Source: Octopus vulgaris (taxonomy: Eukaryota). Taken from it: a DNA stretch of 64,000 bases. Within the stretch, counting starts at the first letter, position 1, and every line of letters starts with the position of its first letter. Under the pieces are notes generated by a model that saw only the letters and a list, made by a program, of their open reading frames with translations, did not search any database and was not told where the DNA came from. The position numbers were made by a program, and so were the translations under genes. The DNA lies in contig OX597817.1 in NCBI GenBank assembly GCA_951406725.2, positions 69,688,001 to 69,752,000 of the forward strand. The letters run 5' to 3'. Shown in pieces: positions 54,044-64,000 of the stretch.

Positions 54044-55264
54044 CAGGGTGTTCCAAAGTTAAGGCAACCAACTTTTTTCAATTGTGCCAAAGCAAAATAT
54101 TTTTATATTTCGGCTCCGAGCGTTGCAATGCAATGGTAAAGGAAACACATTTATGACACTACCACATTTATTCGATATGACCACCTCTGTTTCGAATCAC
54201 AGCTTTAAGTTTAGGTTCGAATGCTTCACACGTGGCACGCAGCTGTTCTTGCGGAATCGAAGTCCATTCCTGACGCAGTTTTGCCTTCAGAGCGAAGCAT
54301 CAGAAGTTCTCGAAACCCTCTCCACAAAATGAACCAAACAGAAAAATCCACTGGTGTGAGATCGGGTCTTCTTGAGGGCCATATATCCTTGCTTATGAAC
54401 GACAGATTGTTTTATTAAACCCAGTGTTGTGTCTGTTTGGAACTATGGGACCGTGCCGAGTCCTGTTGAGGCCCCAAGATGCACCTAAAAGTGCCCATTC
54501 GCTAATGGAATCAGATCAATTTCGAGAACGTCACTAATGTATTGTTGGGTGTTAATTTTAACTCCTGTTGGGTGTTAATTTTAACTCCAGTGATTGTCAC
54601 AGTCGGCCAAACCATAACTGTCTAGATTTCGACGTCGATTTACGACTGTACTCTCGACAGAACCAGATACAGTCCAAAGTCGGTCATTCTGGTGATTTAC
54701 TGTCTGTTCTATGTCAAATATCTTTTCATCACTAAACACCAGGTTAGGCAGCGTGCCTTCAGCAACCTGGTGCAGGATAAGACGACTTCTCTCCAGTCTT
54801 ATGGCCTTATAATCTTGTGTGAGCTCATGACGGCGGATCATCTTGTAGAGGTGGGTCCTGAGATTCTCCTTCAGCACTCGATACATTGAAATTCGGCTTA
54901 CTTTTGATGTAGCAATCAGTTTTCTTGACAGAACGACGAGGATTTCACCGTATGAGCGGTCCACACACTTCTTTTTTGGCCAAATCCAGATCCATCAGCG
55001 GTGGAACCAATCACTTGAAATTTCATGACAATTCTCCAGACGGTTGTTTGGTTAATTTTAAGCTTTTTTGCTATAGCTGTATGAATTTTGCTTTCTTTGT
55101 GGAGGGTTATGTTTGTATTTCGGTCTATTGCCATTATCAAATTTATAAATCTGAATTTATTTTGCCTGAAACAAAAAGATGACACTAAGCTGTTGTAATG
55201 ATGTATAATTTTCTTATCTTATCACATTTATTCATCATCAGTTTCCTTAATTTCGGGACACCTA
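54044..55264 (-). mobile_element. Full-length degenerate Tc1/mariner DD37D (maT) element
   Basis: TIRs CAGGGTGTTCCAAAGTTAAGG and its decayed complement, TA flanks; VFSDEKIF..NHQNDRLW, QQDSARSH, WPSRRPDLTPVD with 37 codons counted between D2 and D3 (two are stops). Confidence 0.93.
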
Positions 55265-55281
55265 TACATACATACATATAT

Positions 55282-55312
<31 letters not shown>

Positions 55313-55405
55313 ACACACACACATACATACATACATACATACATACATACATACATACATACATACATACATACATACATACATACACACATACATACAT
55401 ACATA

Positions 55406-55570
55406 GGGAGAGTTCATGAAAAAAACAAAAAGACGAAGACAGGTGGTGTACAAAACAAACAGATGTATTAGTATAACGCTCAGGGATAGAAAAGTATTTT
55501 ACGTTTCGAGCCTACACTCTTCCACAGAAAGGGACACAGAAAAAACAAGGAGAGAAACAAGAAGAGAAAC
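55406..55570 (-). mobile_element. Solo pLTR-like repeat, hammerhead at 55497-55531
   Basis: Minus CUGUGGA-A-GAGU GUAG GCUC-GAAAC-GUA. Confidence 0.72.
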
Positions 55571-56204
55571 AAAAATACATACATGCATACATACATACAT
55601 ACATACATACATACATACATACATACATACATACACACAAACACACACACACATACATACATACATACATACATACATACATACATACATACATACATAC
55701 ATACATACATAAATATCATCCGCCTGAACAGTATGTACTGACACAGCATTCGAATTTTTAAATTCTTAAATTACTCACGTTGCTTAAAACGTTAAGATAT
55801 ATATAACACTTTTATAAACCTTTTAGACTGACTCTGATGAGAGAAATGTAGATAATTGTTATGGTTGGAATTAACTCACTCACAACCAACCTATATTTTC
55901 TAGAATCGGCCGTCAAACTTTGTACCCGCTTAAGATTCTTTTTAAATCATTTTATACCAAAATTCTCATCTTTTTGGATTACCACTATACATTCACCACA
56001 TGCATATCTTAATATCCTCATTGATATGGACATACAACCTCGCAATTACATTTATGTATTTATATATTTATATATTTTATCATTCTATTTTTATTATTAT
56101 ATCATGTATATATGAGTGCACCTATGTATACTGTGGAGTATTCCGATGCTTTGAAATATATAGAGTGAATATGAACACTGACCTTTGTAATTTGTTCTCT
56201 CTCT

Positions 56205-56298
<94 letters not shown>

Positions 56299-56309
56299 CA
56301 GATATATAA

Positions 56310-56400
<91 letters not shown>

Positions 56401-56404
<4 letters not shown>

Positions 56405-56600
56405 TAATCCAAACAAGAAAGCACAAAAAACACAACAACGCGAGGATGTGAAACAAATATAGTATTATTGGACGCTCAGGAAAGAAGGAAAGAAGGAGGG
56501 ATTTACGTTTCGAGCGGAACTCTTCGTCGGAAACATAGGAGAAGGAAAGATCCAGAGAAGGAAGACAGAGGAAAAAAAATCGCCAACGGTTCACACGAGA
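56401..56600 (-). mobile_element. Related pLTR-like repeat, hammerhead at 56500-56534
   Basis: Minus CCGACGA-A-GAG UUCCG CUC-GAAAC-GUA; layout parallels the 55406 copy. Confidence 0.65.
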
Positions 56601-56624
56601 TCACATTTTGTACACACAATCATG

Positions 56625-56687
<63 letters not shown>

Positions 56688-56697
56688 ACAAAATAGT

Positions 56698-56978
56698 ACA
56701 GAAACGTGTACCCTTAATGTAGTTCCTAGGGGGATTCAACGTGACACCGTGTGTGTGACAAGGCTGGGCCTTTGACATACAGGTACAATAGAAACAGGAA
56801 GAAAGAGTGAAAGCTGTGGTGAAAGAGTACAGCAGGGTTCGCCACCACCTCCTGCCGGAGCCTCATGGAGCTTCAGGTTTTCGCTCAATTAACACTCACA
56901 ACGCCCATTCTGGGAATCGAAATCGCGATCCCACACCGCGAGTCCGGTACCCTAATCATTGGACCATTGCGCCTCCAC
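56698..56978 (-). mobile_element. SINE family C, partial
   Basis: Aligns with 42690-42954. Confidence 0.88.
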
Positions 56979-57459
56979 ATACACACACGCACACACACAC
57001 ATACGCATAAATATATAGATAGATAGATATACATACATTTATATGTATGTATGTCTAAATATATACATCTATATATACATAAATACGTACATACATAGAC
57101 ATACGTACATACATTTATCCATAGATATATATACATACGTATACATACGTACATACATACGTACATACAAATATCCATCTATACATACATATGTACATAC
57201 ATGCATACATACGTACGTACGTACAGACATGCATACGTACGTACATGCATACATACATACATGCTTACATACATACATGCATACATACATGCATACACAC
57301 ACACAGATACATACATGCATACATACATACATACATACATACACATACATACATACATACATACATACATACGTACATACATACATATACATACATACAT
57401 ACATACATACATACATACACACATACATACATATATATACATACGGTCGTGCGTAATGA

Positions 57460-57935
57460 CTTATTAGTCATTCAACTGTGGTCATACTTAGGCACGACCT
57501 TGATGAGTTTGGTGGAACATATCAGCTCTAGTACTTATTTTGAAATCTTTTCAAGTACTGTTTTATCGGTGTCTTTTGTCGAACGGCCTTTGTCACGGGA
57601 AGGCAAACAAACCAACCCCAGCTGTCAAGCGATGTTGTCGGGGGGGGGAGCAAACACAGACACATAGACACACACACACACATAGACACACACATAGACA
57701 CACACACATAGACACATACATACATACATACATACATACATACATACACGCATATCTGTAAACGCGACAGATTTCCACACAATTTTCGTCTGACCTAACA
57801 ATTTCCATCACAGGACAATGGTCAGCCGGGATCATAATTGAAAACTCTTGTCCAAGGTGCCGTGCTGTAGGACTGAACCCGAAACCACCTGGTTGCAAAG
57901 CAAACGTCTCCCCCACACAGCCATGCCTACGCCGG
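57460..57935 (-). mobile_element. SINE family A, old copy with expanded internal microsatellite
   Basis: Degenerate tail and head around a CA/TACA tract; a similar copy lies at 60040-60432. Confidence 0.7.
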
Positions 57936-58428
57936 TACACATATAATGAAAAAGAAACACACACACACACACACAAAGAGACAGACACACAAAGACATAA
58001 AAGCACGCACAGACATACACATACATGCTCACATGTACACACACATACAAACACACACAAGCACCCACGTACTGGGTTGTATGATAAAACGATGTTTCGA
58101 ATTCTATTTACATAATTTGCCAACAAAATAAAGCAACACCGACAACAACAAGAACAACAATAGCAACTGCAAAAGAATCGTTTCTTTCTTTCTTTCTTTC
58201 TCTTTTCTGCAGAGAATTATTTCAGTTGTCTCAATTGTCACTTTTATCCGACACTAAAGTCAGGATTAATGTTTAAAGATTAAGATTACTTAAATACTGG
58301 TTTTTCTCAACAACAGTTTCAGAAATCCACTTCAGTTTTAATCATTATCATCATCATCGTCATCATTATCATCATCATCATTATTATCGTCGTCATCATC
58401 ATCATCATCATCATTATTATCGTCGTCG

Positions 58429-58500
<72 letters not shown>

Positions 58501-58619
58501 GCAGCGTTATCATGGTCGTCGTCGTCCTCCTCCTCCTCCTCTCCTCTTCCTCCCCTTCCTCATCATTATCATCATCATCAAGTATTTTTATTATAATCAT
58601 CACATTCACCATTATTAAA

Positions 58620-58970
58620 CGAGGAAATAAATGGCAGAGAGTTTAGAGTTTCGGTCAAAATGCTTACCAGCATTTTTCCCCAGTTCTGAGTTCAAATCCT
58701 GCCGATGTCAAATTTGCTTTTTACCATTTCGGGGTCGATGAAATAAAGTACCAGTCAAATATTGAAGTCGATGTAATCGACTACCCACCACCACTTCAAA
58801 ATCATTGTTCCTAAATTAGAAACCATTTGTTCAAATACAGTCGAAATCAACTTTCCCTTTTAACCTTTCGGCGTCGATAAAATAAGTACCAGTTGAGTTC
58901 TGGGGTTGATGGTGCCGACCTCCCATCCCACCAAAGTTGCTGACCTTGGGCTAAAATCAAAAAGAATTTA
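58620..58970 (+). mobile_element. Old SINE-B copies in tandem
   Basis: TTCTGAGTTCAAATCC..GGGGTCGATGAAATAAAGTACCAG; core repeated at about 58840-58910. Confidence 0.75.
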
Positions 58971-60233
58971 TTATTGCCATCGTAATTCTAAAGCAGAGTG
59001 ACCTTGCCTTTCGCCAACTCTGTTCCGTCTTAATGTATGGGCACACTGGATCGTTGTCTGGGGCCTCACGGGTGTAGCGATCCAATTCTAGGGGCTTATA
59101 ACGTTGCTAAGACGGCTGTGGTTCAAGCTAAGTATTTCTTAAATAACACCCGACAATTCTGCAAAAATTTGGAAGACGCAGCAACGATTTTCAAGCGATG
59201 TGCAGGCTGCAGGTATCTAAAAACACAATTTAAATCTTTAGAAAATATATGAAGTACCTAACCGAATATCTGGTCGGCTTGAAACCGGAAGTTTCGGTAT
59301 TTTCCCATTTTTTGGACACAGTCAAAATATATACTTAAAGTATTAAATAAATTATAAAAAGGTAAAGAGCTAAGGTATATTTAACAAATTCAAATTAATA
59401 CGCTTCTAAAGCAACATCTGTTTGATATCTATTAATGTACTTAAAATTCTTAAAATAGATGATACTGTTCTATGTAAACAAAGTAAAGTAAAGAATATAA
59501 TTTTGTTTAGCAGATACAATTATAAATTAATAAAATTCTAAAGCAGAGTGTTAAATGTTTATCAATCTACATAAAAACGTAAAAATCAAAACTATGTTTA
59601 ACGCATCGTATACAAATTAACCAATTTCTGGAGCAAGGTCTGTGTACTCAATACATAGTATTGTCTATTGCACGATACTGCACAATTTCTCCAAATTTCT
59701 GTAATCCTGGTAAGCAGTCCGTTGCGGAATTTGATCGTCTTGATGAACAAGAGATGCAAAGATTTTTTTATTATTATAATAGCTTAGTCGTCACTTAGAA
59801 GTGGTTATACATTGGTTGCTCAAACAAACTTTCGCTAGGTACCTATGTTGTCACCAGCAGAGATCGACACCTCCTTTGGTCTCCTCAGCTACGGCCGACC
59901 TGGGGCTAAACAACACTTTATATGCTAACAACAGGAGCCAACGAAAGCGAAGCTTCTACGCGATCGCTAAACTTACTAGAAATAGCAGTCAAAAGTCTTT
60001 CAAACCACACCGCACTATCTTTTTACTGGTTACAACCATTAGGCTACGAGTATGATGGGGTCCATCCTTGAAGGGCTTTAGACGCTCAAACAGATACCAT
60101 CAATTATTTTTTAAAGGCTGGTACCTATTCCATTGCTCTTTTTATGTTCAGGCGCTAATTTACGAGAACGTAGGCAATGCAACGCTGTTTATCAAGTGGT
60201 GAGGAGACTGACATAAATGCATATACGTACATT

Positions 60234-60296
<63 letters not shown>

Positions 60297-60658
60297 ACAC
60301 ACATCCCATCAATATTTATACGACAGTGTTTTGAAAAGCTTCCGACTTCCAAATTCACCCACAAGACATTGGTTGGCCAATAGCGAAAGTGGAAGATACC
60401 TGAATAAATTGCCGCGTAGCGAGATTGAACCTACGAAGGGAGTGTGTAATATTCTCAGACTGTCACACAATACCTCATACGATGTACCACTGCATCTGCA
60501 TGATGCAGCTTTCGGTATTGACATCAGCTTGGTAGAAAAGGTGACGTAGCTTGAGTGTGTGCCGTTCGGAGTCAACCCTTGATTCTTCCACCCTTTGTAT
60601 AAGCTTATACTGCAGACCTAAAAATGCTGTCCCATAATAGCGTTGTGAAGAGCATATA

Positions 60659-60892
60659 TATTTCTTTATTGCCCACAAGGGGCTAAACATAGAGGAGACA
60701 AACAAGGACAGAAAAAGGGATTAAGTCGATTACATCGACCCCAGTGCGAAACTGGTACTTTATTTATCGACCCCGAAAGGATGAAAGGCAAAGTCGACCT
60801 AGGCGAAATTTGAACTCAGAACGTAGCGGCAGACGAAATACTGCTAAGCATTTCGCCCGGCGCGTTAACGTGTCTGCCAGCTCGCTCGCCTC
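60659..60892 (-). mobile_element. SINE family B with 16-bp TSD
   Basis: TTGTGAAGAGCA(T/C)ATA at 60643-60658 and 60893-60908. Confidence 0.93.
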
Positions 60893-61416
60893 TTGTGAAG
60901 AGCACATAGCCCCATAGCAATCTCCAAGCTACGCCTCTCGGTAGAAATATAACTAGGTAGATACACATGTTGGGTTGAGCTTCGTCGTTTGGCCGACTGC
61001 TTGCATGTCACGTGATTGTGAAGAAGTCCACATGATGACGAAGCAAACTTCTTCAGTAAAGTCATTAGTCACGGCTAGTATGAGCAGTTTTGCTCGATTA
61101 CAGATTGGCTCGGCTTAAGCAACACAGCAACAACAATAGCAGCAGAAGCAGTCGCAGCAGCAGCAGTCGCAGTCGCAGCAATAGCTGTAACATGTGCTAA
61201 CATCTTCTGGGGACCATATTTTAATCGAAAATTGAGATTCTTACCGGAAATGTGCAGAAGAAAGCTTTTCAGTTGATCGCAATTTTTAAAATGACCAGCT
61301 GCATGCGGCTAGACATGCGGCGCTGCTTTTGTCTTCAATATTTCGCAAATAGACCAGGAATAATAATATGATATATGACTCTCTCTTATATAATAATACT
61401 AATACTACTAATAATA

Positions 61417-61453
<37 letters not shown>

Positions 61454-62009
61454 CGATAACAAGAACAACGAAACAACCAAACATAGAAACAGATGATGTC
61501 TTGTAATTTCACCTGTCATTAATGAACAACCATTCCTATAAATTATTTAGAAGCAGTGCAACCAGCCAACAAGGTAGAATATCTTTCTCCGACAATGATC
61601 TACAAGAATTGGAATTGATTACCTGAAACTGATTGTTGAATCGAAACCAATCGATGAATTCAAGAACTGATTTGATAAGTGTTCATGTTAGAAGAACATT
61701 AAATTTCATATGATCATTTAATGATATTCTCTCTCTCTCTCTCTGGTCGTAGGTAGCGGTACTGTTGTTGTTGCTAGTTAATCACAAGTCAGCTCTGATC
61801 AAGCAGTCCAATGGTACGCATGTAGTCGGTCGAACAACGAAACACGACTTAGCAAGATCCACCTACTCAGTTATATTATATTTCTACATAGCTGAGGAGA
61901 ATATTGTACTTGACCACAAGTAGTGGTAAATCGTGTATTTTAAAGTGTGTCAAATCTGGGCATTCTACATTCTCTTCGCTGTTTATTACTGTACACAAGC
62001 AGACGCGTT

Positions 62010-62237
62010 TTTCTTTATTGCCCACAAGGGGCTAAACATAGAGGGGACAAACAAGGACAGACATAGGTATTAAGTCGATTACATCGACCCCAGTGCGTAA
62101 CTGGTACTTAATTTATCGACCCCGAAAGGATGAAAGGCAAAGTCGACCTCGGCAGAATTTGAACTCAGAACGTAACTGCAGACGAAATACCGGTAAGCAT
62201 TTCGCCCAGCGTGCTAACGTTTCTACCAGCTCGCCGC
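62010..62237 (-). mobile_element. SINE family B, young
   Basis: Reverse complement of 62521-62750. Confidence 0.93.
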
Positions 62238-62516
62238 TCTACAACACGCAGTAGTAAATCGTGCAGAGGAGTGCTACAATCGGAACACATTATACCCTCT
62301 CTGTCGTATATTCCTATACGCAAACAGATATTTCATACTTGAATATGCAACGGTAAATCGAGTATGGTCTAGTGTAACACTATGACCATATTGCACATTC
62401 TTTGCGGGTTCAATTCCTCTGAGCACCAATTTGGGTAAGTTTCTTCTAAACCGTGCGAGGTCCAATATGCCAGTCTGAATATATTACACGCTCTTCGTTG
62501 TTTATTTTGTCCTATA

Positions 62517-62751
62517 TTAAGGCGGCGAGCTGGCAGAAACGTTAGCGTGCCGGGCGAAATGCTTAGCGATATTTCGTCTGCCGTTACGTTCTGAGTTCAA
62601 ATTCCGCCGAGGTCGACTTTGCCTTTCATCTTTTCAGGGTCGATAAATAAAGTACCAATTACTCACTGGGGTCGATGTAATCGACTTAATCCCTTTGTCT
62701 GTCCTTGTTTGTCCCCTCTATGTTTAGCCTCTTGTGGGTAATAAAGAAATA
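62517..62751 (+). mobile_element. SINE family B with 14-bp TSD
   Basis: TATTTTGTCCTATA at 62503-62516 and 62752-62765. Confidence 0.93.
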
Positions 62752-62900
62752 TATTTTGTCCTATACTCGCGCCAGTTCCTGGTTTTGTGCACATGTTCAA
62801 ACTATAAGGGCGGCAGACTGGCTAAAGTGTTCAAGAGTGGGAAAAACTACGTAGTTTGCTAATAAATCTTGCACCGAATAGCAAGGACAAGATAAATATA

Positions 62901-63084
62901 TGATGGGGTGCTGAAAAGTTCCTGGCTTTGGGTAAAAAAAAATACAGGAGAATCAGATATGAATTTATTCAACATGTTCACCTCTCAGATTCACACACTT
63001 ATTGCAGCGGTCCTTCAGTTTTTCTAAGCCCTGCAAAAGAACTCGGAAGGTTGGGTCTCCAACCAGGTATTTCGCAATACCCTC
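62901..63084. mobile_element. Mariner-derived MITE
   Basis: Same TIR and interior as 9116; minus strand reads GLEKLKDRCNKCVNLRGEHVE*, like a mariner transposase C-terminus. Confidence 0.87.
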
Positions 63085-63462
63085 ATTACACTCTCTCTCT
63101 TCATAGTCTTCTCTATTTCTGTAGCGTTTGTTTCGTTTTTTTTTTACTTTGCCCAGGGCAATTTTGCCTTTCATCTTTGCGGGGCCGATAAAATAAAGTA
63201 TAAGATTAGATACAGGGTTGATATCTTTGACAACAACCTTACTCCAAAATGGACTTGTTTATGTTAAAAATCATTATCATCATCATCATCATAATCATCA
63301 TCATCATCATGTTCTTCTTCTTCTTCTTCTTCTTCTTCTTCTTCACCTCCTCCTCCTTCTCCCCTGCCTACCCCTCCTCCTGGAATATTATTTCTACAAG
63401 AGAGCCTGTGAAACAGTAGACACAATGGAGTATATGTGTTGAATAGGAGTAGTTATAATGGG

Positions 63463-63493
<31 letters not shown>

Positions 63494-63534
63494 CATACAT
63501 ACATACATACATACATACATACGTACGTACATAC

Positions 63535-64000
63535 AAATGTTACTATACGATTGTGAAAAGGGGAAACTATCAACCAGACTAGCAACATTTCCATCAATGA
63601 TTTGACTGTTTCCCCTATATCTGACGAGGAATGTTACAGGTATTTAGGAGTGGATGAAAATATATCTTACAATGGCACCTCTAACAAAACAGGTGTCACT
63701 AAAGAATATTACAGTCGAATAAAGAAAATATGAACCTCAGAACTCTCTGCATTCAATAAAACAGTGCCCATCCCCAATGTGTTTGTAGTGTCAGTACTCA
63801 TACCAATGCTTGGGCTGTTTAACTGGACGCTTGATGAGATCCGAACCATTTATGTGAAAACCCGAAAAATACTAACAAGCACACATAATTTCCACATAAA
63901 CAGTGACGAAAACGGTTACAACGAAAACAAGGCGGCAGAGGCTTAACATTAATCCAAAATGCCTTTGAATGTCGCATCATATCCCTTCACCAACATCTTT
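63535..64000 (+). mobile_element. R4-clade retrotransposon fragment running off the window
   Basis: CYRYLGVDE..EYYSRIKKI*TSELSAFNK..GLFNW..KTRKILT..GGRGL; starts directly after (TACA)n. Confidence 0.87.

Noticed and set aside
58180-58290. Strong acceptor TTTTCTGCAG
   Set aside because: Pyrimidine tract is a (CTTT)n repeat, all frames close within 25 codons, and there is no good donor

Overview
AT-rich, non-coding animal DNA, most likely an Octopus (cephalopod) intronic/intergenic region; that assignment is inferred from the SINE families and the microsatellite load. Much of the window is (TA)n, (CA)n, (TACA)n, (TAGA)n and triplet microsatellite, which accounts for nearly all the ORF-track ORFs. 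No intact host gene can be supported. Identifiable content is decayed mobile DNA: a CR1-type LINE, RTE ends, six R4/Dong-type fragments, three Penelope-like (Neptune-type) elements with pLTRs, a full-length DD34D mariner, a full-length DD37D (maT) element, autonomous and non-autonomous Helitrons, several MITEs and about six SINE families. Points most worth follow-up: (1) hammerhead-ribozyme motifs from at least three families, one with a shared non-canonical core base; (2) R4/Dong elements stacked in (TAA)n, plus a second lineage abutting (TACA)n; (3) a precise head-to-tail Helitron dimer; (4) a CpG-poor to CpG-rich transition near 25.3 kb suggesting the edge of a methylated gene body; (5) long fold-back structures. 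I found no clearly new biological system. All calls are by eye without database searches, and boundaries of decayed elements are approximate.
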